From assembly GCF_009914755.1 (NCBI RefSeq), contig NC_060946.1: DNA of 64,000 bases. One strand, 5' to 3'. The translations under genes and the position numbers were made by a program. The DNA comes from the human T2T-CHM13v2.0 reference genome, Homo sapiens. Positions 46,760-64,000 of this stretch are shown piece by piece; position 1 is the stretch's first letter, and each line of letters opens with the position of its first letter. The notes beneath the pieces were generated by a model. It made no database searches and had not been told where the DNA came from. It saw nothing but the letters and a program-made list of their open reading frames with translations.

Positions 46760-47335
46760 CCACCTTAGATGGTACTCCTGTGTGCCTCTCGGACCTCATC
46801 GTCAGCGGTCCAGCCACCTGCAGGGCCCAGGTCCAGACCTCTGTCCGTTCCCACTCGCTCCCACCTGAGGGCTGCCCTACAGCCACCTCACCTGAGCCCT
46901 CTCTCCAAAAGCCATTGTGATGGAGTTCCCACCACCTTCAAAGCCCAGCGCTTTTCTGTTGGTTTAGGAAGAGGCCTCACCTGTGAGCCTCAGGCACACC
47001 AGCCTTCCCACCTCCTGGGCCCCATTCACCTTATCAAGCTCTTTGTACCCTCCTGACACAAGCAGCTCCCAGAGAGAACTCCTCCCTGATGCCCAGGCCA
47101 GGTCGGGACCCCTGTTGTGTGTAACCCGGGTCTGTGACCTCCTCCTGAGCATCCTCCCAGGTTGCTGTTCTCCCTCGTTTGACATTGCTGTTTGATTACT
47201 GTCTCTTCTCCTAGACTGTCAGCCCTGTGGGGACAGGCACCGTGCCTGCTGTCACTGCCCCTGGTCTCTGGCGCCTTGCAGGACACCTGGCATGTTGGCA
47301 CACTAGGTATTTACTAAGAGTGCATGGATGAGGGA
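46760..47335 (+). mobile_element. L2 3' region
   Basis: CTAGACTGTCAGCCCTGTGGGGACAGG...CCTGGCA..TAGGTATTTACTAA. Confidence 0.6.
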
Positions 47336-48744
47336 GGCATGGGCCAGGTAGAAGTGGAGAGAGAGGGGGTAGGGGACACAGAATGGAAGAGAAGGACCTG
47401 GAAAGGGACAGAAGAAGCGAATGAGAGCAGAACAAGGAGAGGGAGCAGGGGGCACCGGAAGGAAAGGACCGCAGCAAGGGAGAAGGTGGGAGGGCCAAGA
47501 GAGGAGGCAGGGCAGGGGTGGGGAGGCGAGAGGGGGAGGCGAGGGGGAGGTGACTTTCTGAAGATTTCATGTTCCCTTGTCCTGGTGGGCTGGGGGCAGT
47601 TGGGAATGCCAGCCTCGTGCCTGGTGGCCTCCTGGTGGCTGGGTGGGCCTCCCCTCCAGCCTCTGAGCCGATGGTCCCCCTCTGGGGAAGGTGCTCTTTG
47701 GCGAGATACGCAGGGACAGGTGGCAGTGGCAGCTGCAAAAGCCTCTTCCTGGCTGCATGGCACTGCTCAGGGCTGCCATGAAGCGGCCAAGAGGAGCAAG
47801 AGAAGAAAACCCACCCCTCTGTGGGGTGGGGGGCGGAGGCAGGGCAGGGGGGCTGCGCCTCGACTGAGCCCACCTGCAGGTGTAGTGGTTTTCACAAAAA
47901 GCACCAACCACACAGCCTCCTCTCCTGCGGAGTCAGTTCCCATTCCCAGCCAGACAGTTCCACTGATCCTTTCTTCAGTCCACTTGTCCTCAGCACCGGG
48001 TTCCAAAGGGATAGGCTGTGTTCCAAACACACAAATATCCCTAATTTCCTCCCAAGTGCTCTCGTTTTTTCTGGTGACGTCCCTAAAAAGTCTTAGTTAG
48101 GTGCTCCTCTCCTGAACACAATTATAGCCTTTTTTGCATAAATGGGAACCCTTTGGGAAGGGATCCCGTCCTTCCCTCCCACCCTCGCCCCCCGTACACA
48201 CATTTATAGGAGCCGAAGGCCCTAAGCCACAAATCCTGAAAATTCCAGAGCTTCCCCCGCCCCAAATGTCGTTTCATTTATTTCTATGCGCTTGTCTCCA
48301 AAACTGCCGCAAACTGAACCTTGCCGTGTTTTGCCCGTCTCTGCTTCCCTCCTGGTCTTCCCACCTCAGTAAATGGGGCACCGCCCACCTGATTACTCAC
48401 ACCGGAGTCATCCCTGACGAGTCCGCCTCCTCCCCCGCCGCAGCTCCCAGAATCTCGTAACTGCCCTTCTAAATGCATCTGGAATCTGCCTGCTTCCTTC
48501 CCTCCATCCCCACGGCCGCCAGGAGACTCAGAGGAAACCAGTGCAGGTGAGGCTGTGTTTCAGGGGCTTAGACTTTCCACTAAGTCCCGAGGGTCCCCCA
48601 CACCCATCCCCAGGCCTCTGCACACAGGGTCCCTTCTGTCCAAGTCGCTGTTCCTCTACCTTGGCACCAGTCTGCCCTCATCTCTCCATTTGCCCTCACA
48701 TTCTACACATGGGTTTTTTTTGTTTTGTTTTGTTTGTTTGTTTT

Positions 48745-48930
48745 TGTTTTTTATCCTTACAGCAACCCTGGGAGGTAGGTCCTGTGAGTATCCCCATTTT
48801 GTTGGTGAGAAACCTGAGGCTGGAAGGTAAAGAAACTATGCAAGGGACACAGTAAGAGGCTGAGATGAGATTCAAAAGGCTCACTCCCAGGGCCTCTGGC
48901 TGCAAAGCCCTGAGGGCTGAGCCGCTTCCA
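48745..48930 (-). mobile_element. MIR
   Basis: ATCCTTACAGCAACCCTGGGAGGTAGGT..TATCCCCATTTT..GAGAAACCTGAGGC. Confidence 0.8.
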
Positions 48931-49861
48931 GCCTCAGCTGGTCATTACCTGTATTTGTTCACAAATGGCCCCTGAGGTCCTACTGTGGGCCCAGCACAGT
49001 CATAGGCACTGTACAACCTGAATGCCCACCACTCCCAGAAACTCTCCCTGAGCCCCAAATCGAAATTAGGTCTCCCTGTTTCACTTCCGCATAGGACCGC
49101 ACATGCTTCTCTGTCTCCTCAGCACAGCTTGTAATTGGCATTGCTCTTGTGACTCCTGGATTGTCTCCCCTCTGGACTGTAAATTCCAGGGGGGCAGGCT
49201 TTGCACAGCTGGCCCATGGCCAGATGTCTGGATGGCTGGTACACAATAGGCACAAAATGAATGAATGGGCGAGCCCATACATGCCCTGGCAGAGACCATC
49301 AGTGTGTGGAATAGATGTATTTTGACTAAAAAGTGGCCTCAGAATTATTTTTGGTAAAATGCTTTTCCCATGGAGCCGATCATAGCTGTGAGCTCCATGG
49401 TAAAAACTTCCGCGAAGGCCGGGAAATAGTGAGCGCCCTGAGTGAGCCGCTCTCAGCCACACCGCACATCAGAAGCCACTTTATCCTGTTTCGGACACCT
49501 GCTTCACACCTGGAGGGCTGGAGCCCGAGGCGTCTGGATTTTTAAAAACTCCTTGTGCTCACGTGCCCAGCCAGACCTGAGAGCCGAGGCCTTAGCCATG
49601 CAATTTGCTGCTTTGTGAATTGCAAAAGTTATCGAACCTTGCTACTGTGAATGTTTACCAGGTTGCTCAGTAAGATGCTGGGGAGACAGAGACGAAGCTC
49701 CCAGGCCTGTGGCCAAGGCTCAGAGACGTGCTACTGAGCAAGACCCGGAAAAGCTTCCCGCCCGGTCAGGGCCACTTCCCCACTGCCACTATGGCAGGCA
49801 GGAGCTGTGCTGGGGCCATCCCTGGGCTTCACGCCAGCTCCGTCACATCCCTGGTTGTGTG

Positions 49862-50335
49862 GCCTAACTCATCTCCTGTGGCCACTGCAACAAATGACCA
49901 CAAACCTGGGGGTGTAGAACAACACAAATTAATTCTCTTACCTTTCAGGAGGTCACAAGTCCTAAAAAGGTGTCTACAGCGTTGGTTTCTTCCGGACGCT
50001 CTAGGGGAGGACCCCTTTCCAGAGACGCCCCCATTCCTTGGCTTATGGCCCCTTCCTGTCTTCAAAGCCAGTGGCCCAGCATCTTCTAATCTCTCTCTCT
50101 CTCCGGTCACATCTCCTCCTCTGACTCTGATGGTTCTGCCTCCTTTCTTCCCTTATAAGGACGCTTGCAATTATATTCGGTCCACCTGGCTAATCCAGAG
50201 TATTCTCCTCATCTCGAAATCCTTAATCACGTCTGCAAAGTCCCTTTGCCATGTCAGGTGACACACTCACAGGCTTCAGGGATTAGAGTGCAGACATCCT
50301 AGGCAGGGGCAGGGGACATTATTCTGCCAGGCTCA
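49862..50335 (-). mobile_element. MLT1D-type LTR
   Basis: ATCCTTAATCACGTCTGCAAAGTCCCTTTGCCATGT..CACAGGCTTCAGGGATTAG..ATTATTCTGCC. Confidence 0.85.
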
Positions 50336-50660
50336 GTGGCCTTGCCTAGGAACTGGCCACTCCATGCCTCAGGGCCACGTCGGAAAGTCAGGGGGGATAA
50401 CAGTAACAGAGGCAGTGGAAGTCATAGTATAGAAGGAAAAAGAGTGATAGAAATAGTCATGGCAATGATTATGGAGATGTGAGGATTGATTTTCTATGTA
50501 AGTCTGTAGAAGAGCATCTGACTAATAAATGTTCAAAACACATCAACTGTCAAATACATTTTATTAGTGATATCTCTAGCACTGTGCCACAGGCCCTATG
50601 AGCTGTAACAGCCTATAAAATGATTTTGAGATTAGAAACAATGTATATATGACAAAATAA

Positions 50661-50952
<292 letters not shown>

Positions 50953-50959
50953 TAAAATA

Positions 50960-51945
<986 letters not shown>

Positions 51946-52910
51946 TTAAACACTTGAGCATGGGTCATCTATAGGTGGGGGTAGGGAGGTGGAAGGGAAT
52001 GAATGAGTGAGTGAGTGAATTAATGAATTCACTAAAGAGAAATATTTACATCATTGTGGCGGGTGCCCGTCCACACATTGTTGCAGGCTTGATGTGCCGT
52101 AGGGAGAGCTTCCAGAAGGTGGAGCGTGCAGGGAGTACCCTTTGCCTCCCTGAAGGGTGCTGTAGGCCTGTCAGGGCCTGGGATGGGGAGGGCTTGGAGA
52201 AGCAGAGAGTTTGGAAGGATCGGAATTGAGAGGATGAGGCAGAATATGTCATTGTCTTGGCAAATTGGATTGGCAAAGCCAAAGAGAAAGAAAACACAGG
52301 AGGCTCCCAAGACTGACCGCTCACGTGTCTGGAGTGCTTCAGATGAGCCAGGGGCACCTAACAGGAGTGTAAGCCCCACACGCTGCGGGACTCAGTCTCT
52401 ACTCACAATAACCTTGCGAGAAAACTATTCTCTCCCCATCTCACGCCGGGGAGCATGCAGGCTGTGCTGGGGTTGGGAAGGGGTTCCACCTGGGAGGGAG
52501 GAGCCAGAAGACCAAGCAGGCCCTGCCCATTCCAGAGCCATGCAGGCCGCAGCTTATATCTGCGAGACTGTAATGTTGATAACTCAAAGGGAAGAAAACC
52601 CAGCAGAGAAGAATGCTGCAGGCTTCGAGGCTGCTTCTGCACGTGGACCAAGCAGCTGCAGTAGATTTCTCCCCTGGGGCCCCACAATGCAAGGAAATGA
52701 GCCGGAGCAGGCTCTGGACTCTGATCTGGGATCTGGCCCGGCTGGAATCCCCTAAATTCCAAAAAGGAAGTGACAGTTCTGTGAGATAAGTTCTGTCACC
52801 AGCCCAACAACCCCCTGAAAAGAGATACTCATGTCCCCAACATAGATCTTTGTAGTTGTCTAGCTGCATTTTATCTCTGCGCATGACATAGGGTGGGAGA
52901 GGAGGAAGGA

Positions 52911-52984
52911 CCACAGGACACTGTGTGGCTGGGAGGATGGGCCACGGGGACAGTGTGGCTGGGAGGTTGCACCACAGGACACTG
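52911..52984. repeat. Short tandem repeat, ~30-bp unit x2.4
   Basis: CCAC.GGAC..GTGTGGCTGGGAGG repeated. Confidence 0.75.
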
Positions 52985-54069
52985 ATGATGATGAGCTAGC
53001 TTGTGGTTGGAAGCAGCCTCAGCAGGTCCACTAAGGGCATGGTCCCCTCACTCTGCATTTCTGAGATGCAGTAGATGTCACCTGGGCTTGGTGTCTGGGT
53101 ACCAGGGACGGAAAAGTGGAGAGTGTTGGAGCTCCAAGGTCTTGGGGAACATCCCAGTCTCGTTGTGTCCGGTCCCACCTAGAGCCCTTGAGACTCCTTT
53201 CCTTGCATCTCAGCGTCCTCTGCTGTGATGTCATCCCCGGATGAGATGCTCAGAAGGCCCCTTCCAGGTCCACTGTCTGTGCCGCTGTCCCCTCTCCCCT
53301 CACAGCCATCTGGAAATGCCCTACGCTGCTGTGTTCTTGGCTCCAGCCGCTTGTGCAGCCTGACGGTGGTTTTAATTTGTCTCCTTCACATGAGTGGGGA
53401 TTAACAATCACTGCAGTGTGGTTCCCTGCGGAGGAAAGAGCTGACGGAGCCGCCTGAGAAGCTGCTCCGCTGGCCCCCGTCCCAGGCGCAGACGGTGGAC
53501 AGAGGGGTGGGGCAGTCCCAGCGCCAGGGAAGCCCCTCCTGCCCTCCCACCTGGGTCAACAGTCTCCCCAACCCCAGTTAGCTTTGGAGCCCTTCTCCAG
53601 TCCCTTTGGGTCTCACTCAAGTCAATCGGTGGCCACAGCCTGGACTGTGGTCAGTCTGAGATGCTGAAGCCACGCCGTGACCCCAGGGGCTCCCACATCA
53701 CCAGGAGCAGAGAAGGCAGAGAGTGTGCAGGGCAGAACTCACGCTCCCATCAAAGCAGGGGGCACGGGGACAAGCCCCACGCAGGGCAGCGGAAGGCCTC
53801 CAGCTTAGAAGCTGTGGTCCAGCTCTGCCCTGGACCAGCGGGGTAGTGGGACAAGCTCCGCCTCCAAGCCTCAGCCTCCTCGTGTGAAAAACGGGAGCAG
53901 TGATGCAGAGTGGGCCTGGGAGCAGGTGGTGCCGAGGGAAGCTGGGAGTGTGGAGCCGGGGGAGACTGAGGCGGGCAGACCAAGCGTCATCAGGCAGCCC
54001 AAGTCCAGCCACCGCACTCCTGGACTGGGGAGGGAGAGGCTGCGCAAGTTCCCAGTTCTCCATTGGCAC

Positions 54070-54173
54070 AGAGAGAGGATGGAGCGGGACTGGCGGCCCG
54101 CGGGTTTAACCGGCCTCAGAAAAGAGAGAGGATGGAGCGGGGCTGGCGGCCCGCGGGTTTAACCGGCGTCAGA
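54070..54173. repeat. 53-bp tandem duplication, CpG-rich
   Basis: AGAGAGAGGATGGAGCGGG(A/G)CTGGCGGCCCGCGGGTTTAACCGGC(C/G)TCAGA twice. Confidence 0.95.
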
Positions 54174-54505
54174 GCCCTGCAGTTGTGCACAAAACCACAT
54201 GCATTGCTTTTTCGGTATCTGAGGCTACATCCGCACCCCAGACCTCTGGAAGCAGAATTTCCCAGGGGTGTGACTGGGCGTTTGTCACCTTGGGGCAGGT
54301 GGGGCTCTGACTGTGGTGGGAGAAGCATCCATGGGTTTCAGGTTTCTGTAAGCATGGTCCCAGGAGGCTTTCAGCAAAGCGGATGGAGCCACCCTCGGGG
54401 CGGTCCCCATGTGCCAGTCCCCCATGCAGACCACCACTGTCTCTCTCCATTTCTAATCCCCAAATCCACTCCCAGGAGCTGCTAGAGACTGGCTCTGTCA
54501 CCCCC

Positions 54506-55471
<966 letters not shown>

Positions 55472-55559
55472 CTGTGGGGACTCCTCGTTGCCAACAGGCT
55501 CAAGTGCAAAGTGCTGGAGGCTCATGGCACCTGGCCCTCCACAGTCCAGCCTTGCTCCA

Positions 55560-55612
55560 GTTTTTCTCTCTTCCAGTCTTCTCTTTCTCTCTTTCTCTCT
55601 CTCTCTCTCTTC

Positions 55613-55665
<53 letters not shown>
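55560..55665. repeat. (CT)n(CA)n compound microsatellite
   Basis: Read directly. Confidence 0.93.
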
Positions 55666-55667
<2 letters not shown>

Positions 55668-56210
55668 CGTACTAGCCATCTTCATAACCATGATCTGACT
55701 TTCTTCTCACAGCCACTCTGGGGGGTAGATATCATCATGACCATTTGACAAATGGAGAAACAGAGCCTCAGAGTGATGTGGATGGTGACGAAGCTCCAGG
55801 GGGGCCCAGTTCTTCCGCTCAGCACACAGCCACTGAGGACATGTGGACACCAGTCCTGCAAACAACGGAGTGGGCCAGCCTTGCCTCTGACAGCTTCCAG
55901 TCTGGAGGAAGGCAAATCACCAAATGGAAAATGTTCACATGTGGGAACAGCACGGGCCCAGGAACGGTCCCTGTTCTGCCACTGGGCAAATTACTTAAAC
56001 ACTCCAAGTCTCCATGTATTTGTCTGTAAGATGGTGATACGACCTCCCTGCTTCTGGCCTGTGGTGGATACCAGACAACTGACAGCAGCATTACTGCCCA
56101 TTGTTCTGATAATGAAATAGCTTCTGATCCATCCAGCTGTCCAAGGTTAAGATCAAATGCCACCATCTCATGGAGACATCCTCAGCTTTGCCGCCTCTGT
56201 AGACCCAAAC

Positions 56211-56217
56211 CATCACC

Positions 56218-56249
<32 letters not shown>

Positions 56250-56517
56250 CACCATCCTCATCACCATCACCATCATCATCACCATCATCACCATCATCAT
56301 CATCATTATCATCACCATCATCATCATCACCATCATCACCATCATCATCACCATCATCATTATCATCATCATCATCATCATCACCATCATCATCATCACC
56401 ATCATCACCATCATCATCACCGTCATCACCATCATCACCATCATCACCATCATCATCAACATCATCACCATCATCATCACCATCATCATTATCATCATCA
56501 TCATCATCACCATCACC

Positions 56518-56549
<32 letters not shown>

Positions 56550-56760
56550 CATCACCATCCTCATCACCATCACCATCATCATCACCATCATCACCATCAT
56601 CATCATCATTATCATCACCATCATCATCACCATCATCATCTCCATCATCACCATCATCATCATCATCATCACCATCACCATCATCATCATCACCATCATC
56701 ACTACCATCATCATTATCATCATCATTATCATCACCACCAACATCACCATCATCACCATC

Positions 56761-56791
<31 letters not shown>

Positions 56792-56892
56792 CCATCATCA
56801 CCATCATCATCATCATCACCATCATCACCATCATCATCATCACCATCATCACCATCATCACCATCATCATCATCACCATCACCATCATCACC

Positions 56893-56923
<31 letters not shown>

Positions 56924-57045
56924 CCATCATCACCATCATCATCATCACCATCATCATCACCATCATCACCATCATCACCATCATCATCATCATCATCATC
57001 ACCATCATCACCATCATCATCACCATCATCATCATCATCATCACC

Positions 57046-57077
<32 letters not shown>
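56211..57077. repeat. (CAT)n/(CAC) trinucleotide array, 867 bp (289 triplets)
   Basis: Continuous triplet phase with CAC, TAT and rare other interruptions. Confidence 0.98.
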
Positions 57078-57210
57078 AACAATAATGAAATAATACTAGC
57101 TATAGCATCTTAAGAATTTACCATGTGCCAAGGACTATGCCAAGTGCTTTACATACATTTGCTTATTCAATTCCCAGAACAATTCTGGAAGCGACTGTTA
57201 TCGTCTCTAC

Positions 57211-58132
<922 letters not shown>

Positions 58133-58413
58133 CCATCTCTACTTTTTAATCTGAGGCTTACAGAGGTTAAATGGCCGGACCAAGGTCACACCTCTTATGA
58201 TAGATGAAGTGGAGACTCAGCCAGGTCTGTGAGCTCATGTGCTTGGAATCTTAACCGCTGGGCGACAGTGCCACCTGTCCTTCCTTGAGTATGGAACAGT
58301 CTCTCATAAGGCAGGTTATTTAATTGTATTGACTAACATTTAGATGACATTTTACTACTTACAGGGCACACTCCTCATTCCACAGATGAGAAAATTGAGG
58401 TCCACTGCTTTTT

Positions 58414-59450
<1,037 letters not shown>

Positions 59451-59958
59451 AAAGGAGACCAAGAGGAAACAGCGGGAGGGAAGCGGAAGGCGCTGAGCCA
59501 CATCATCAGGGAGCCAGGAAGGCAAACCCGGTCCTGGCCCCTGCAGCCTGCTATGCTGTGCTGCCGCCTCGTGGTCAGTCCTCAGCTTCAGTGCTCCCCA
59601 TCACCGCCTCCAAGAAGCCTTCCCAGGTTGCACCAGCTGGACCGCCTGGGTGGTGCTCACCCATCACAGACCTAGTTTCACTCTCCTTACAGCAGGATCA
59701 ATGTCTGTGTTAACTGCTTCATCCAACCATTTATTTTCTCCCCCCACATAGAATGTTGGCCTCTTGAAGGCATGTCCTGTTCTGAGAGCTTAGTCTCTCC
59801 CTGGCCTCAAATAGGACCTGTCACATTATAGATGCCCAATACTATTAACCCTTCCGCTGACTTGACAATGCATTCCAAGCAAATAGATGGATCTCTGTCC
59901 AGTGCCCCCAGTGTGGGACAAAATTGCATTCCATTGGAGGTTAAAGAACCTGTCTTTG

Positions 59959-60319
<361 letters not shown>

Positions 60320-60859
60320 TCACGACTTCTCTGAGCCTCAGACCAAACACTAATGCCCATCTCAGGAGGTAGTGTAGGAGTAAATACTGTTCACACAGAG
60401 CTCAGCCCTGCCTGGCGTGAGACCAGACCTCACACGGTAGAAGCACGAAAGTCAACAGCAATACCCAAAGCAATGCTCTTCAAAACTTTGACAGTGATGC
60501 CTCGCTCTTTATTCTCCATGACTGTCACATAGAGAATTTAGAATTATTAGTCACATTGGCACCAAGCTCCCTTTCCAACCCACTGGCTCAATAAAAAGGA
60601 GCAGTGGCATAGACAGCTGTGCATGGTGTCAGCTTAAAACAGAGCCACATGCTCAGCTCTGGGTGGCTTAAGCTGTTCCCTCCTGCCCCCCTGCACAGGC
60701 AGCAGTGACTCAGTCATGACTGCAAAAACTTCTTCCCAGAAACCATGATGATCTTTTGTTTTACGAATTGACTCACTGTATTTGCCTCTATAATTCTTAA
60801 CAGTAGCTTTGGAAAGAATCAGACAGGAGAGAAAGTGACAGCTCTTCTCAGATCCCTCA

Positions 60860-61400
60860 GTGGGGTGTTTGGCAGAAATGTCCCATTTCTTCACCCTTCC
60901 CTGCACCCTTTGCAATGAAACATTGCTGTCCTCCCTTTGAGAGGTACAATCCATTTGCCGCACTGCCCTGGGTAGGCCACATGACTTGTTTTAGCCAACA
61001 GAGTGTTGAAGAAGTAACCATGTGTCTGTTCCAAGCCTGCCAGAACCCTGCCACCTCCATGGAACAAGTCTGGCTAACCATGAGATGGACATCACTATTC
61101 ACTCTGAGGCTCAGAGAGGTTATGGGAGTTGTCCAAAGTCACACAGCTGGGGAATGAGAGACCCCATGGAGCAGGGCCAAATCAGCCCAGTTGTCCCAGT
61201 CTAGGCTCCAGAGGCATGAAAGAGACCAGACAAGTTAGGCAAAGCCACCTGCTCAACCTGCAGCTGACCACAGACTGATGAGAGAACCCAGGCATAAATG
61301 GAAGAACCACCCGGCTGAGCCGTAGACTCACAAGAAAAGAACAGCTGTTTAGAGCTGCTGAGTTGTAGGGTTGTTTGTGAGCCATCGGTAACTTGGACAC
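60860..61400 (+). mobile_element. MLT1 (F/G/H-like) LTR with a 69-bp foreign insert at 61081-61149
   Basis: GGCCACATGACTTGTTTTAGCCAACAGA..ATGAGAGACC.CATGGAGCAG..CAGCTGACCACAGAC..GAACCACCCGGCTGAGCC. Confidence 0.7.
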
Positions 61401-62019
61401 TCAGTTCCCTGAGGACAGTCTAAGGCCTTGGGTCCTTCCACCCTAAGTGCAGGCAGGCGCGGCCAGGGCTGGGGCAGGACAGGCAGAAGGGTGGATGTTG
61501 TAGGGCCACCTGGGCCCTGCAGATGAGCATAGAGTTGGTTTTTCTCATAGATAATGAGAATTTGCAGTTAAGAAAAGTTCCTTCTGGAACATGGATTGGG
61601 GGGAATAGTGGGGTTGTGATTAGGAGACCAGCTGTTGAACTCGTCTAGGGAAGAGACGATGGAGACTTTGCACCAAGGCAATCACAATGGAAGGGATGGA
61701 TGGGAGAGGTGAGGATACGGAGTTCTCACAGAGCTGAGGACAGACTGGCTGGGAGCAGGTAAGGGAGGGTGTGGTGGGCTTTGGGCCAGGGTACCTAGCT
61801 GGCTGACGAAGCAGTTCACCAAGACAAAAAGCCTGGAAAAGAACCGCCTTCAGGGCAGGATGACAAGCCCCATACTAGTTGACTTGAGTGGAATCCACAG
61901 CATCTCTCAGGCTCTAGGAGCACAGGGGCTCCATCTGTTTGCTGCACTGTTATGCATCTTCTCCCCACCTAGAGCAGAGTCTGTCTCTAAGGAGGTGCTG
62001 TTTATTTGACTGAGACAGA

Positions 62020-62237
62020 TTAATTGGTACTTAAAAGCACTTACTGTGTGTTAGGCCTGTTCTAGCACTCTATATGTATCCATTCATTTTGACCCTCAAA
62101 TAAACTCCATGAGGATGGTACTATTCCTATTCCTGTTTTACAAACCAAGAGACTGAGGCACAAAGAGGTAAGGTAAATAGCCCAATGTTCCAAATCTAGG
62201 AAGAGGCAGAGCCAGGATTCGATTGTCAGCCCCAGAG
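62020..62237 (-). mobile_element. MIR
   Basis: AGCACTTACTGTGTG..TTTTACAAA..GAGACTGAGGCACAAAGAGGTAAGGTAA..GGCAGAGCCAGGATTCGA. Confidence 0.85.
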
Positions 62238-62242
62238 CAGGG

Positions 62243-62916
<674 letters not shown>

Positions 62917-63131
62917 CAGGCTTCTCAGCTTCACCACTACTGACACCCGAGGGTGGATCCGTCCCTCCCTGTGGTGGGGCCTGCCCTGTGCTCTGTAGGG
63001 TGTGAGCAGCATCCGTGGCCTCCACCTACTACCTGCCAGGAGGACCCCCTGCCCAGTGTGACAACCAAAAATGTCTCTAGACACTGCCAATGTCTCCTAG
63101 AGCAGAATGGGTCTGGGCTCGTGAATCCTTG
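62917..63131 (-). mobile_element. MER20
   Basis: GCAGCATCCGTGGCCTCCACCTACTA..GTGACAACCAAAAATGTCTCTAGACA.TGCCAA. Confidence 0.85.
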
Positions 63132-63187
63132 CTACGAAACCCAGTCTCTGTTTTTCTTTCTTTGTCTAACCCCACATCTGTGGGGCA

Positions 63188-63857
<670 letters not shown>

Positions 63858-63858
63858 G

Positions 63859-64000
63859 AGCCAGGTGCAGTGGCTCACGCCTGTAATCCCAGCCCTTTGG
63901 GAGGCCGAAGTGGATGGATCATGAGGTCAAGAGTTCAAGACCAGCCTGGCCAACATAGTGAAACCCTGTCTCTACTAAAAATATAAAAACTAGCTGGGTG
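63859..64000 (+). mobile_element. AluS (runs off the window end)
   Basis: Left arm and linker. Confidence 0.9.

Noticed and set aside
47324-48100. 258-aa plus-strand ORF with an overlapping 220-aa antisense ORF
   Set aside because: The ATG lies in an L2 tail with weak Kozak context. The low-complexity purine-rich DNA is stop-poor, and there is no recognisable domain.
52126-52755. 209-aa ORF
   Set aside because: Non-ATG start, no recognisable domain, overlaps degenerate repeat sequence; chance ORF in GC-rich DNA

Overview
64 kb of primate (human or close great-ape) genomic DNA. It is fairly GC-rich and very dense in repeats: about 40 Alu copies or fragments (AluJ/S/Y, FLAM), many MIR and L2 relics, L1M/L1PA 3' fragments, MaLR LTRs (MLT1, MST, THE1C, plus an MLT1A internal segment), three MER4-group ERV1 LTRs and hAT elements (MER20, MER91A). 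I see no credible protein-coding exon, tRNA, rRNA or CRISPR array. The long ORFs come from Alus, tandem repeats or chance, so the window looks intergenic or intronic, and I cannot name the locus. There are three large tandem arrays: an 18/19-bp minisatellite (7.5-8.3 kb), a 40-bp minisatellite open in all three minus frames (13.3-14.7 kb) and an 867-bp (CAT/CAC)n. There is also a 78-bp repeat amplified inside an Alu. The most notable unexplained structure is a set of at least three short locally templated INVERTED copies (254, 69 and 58 bp). Each lies 0.7-1.3 kb downstream of its source and carries a junction or deletion private to that source. Repeat family calls come from my recall of consensus sequences, not a RepeatMasker run. 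Boundaries of old repeats are approximate, and identities were counted by hand.
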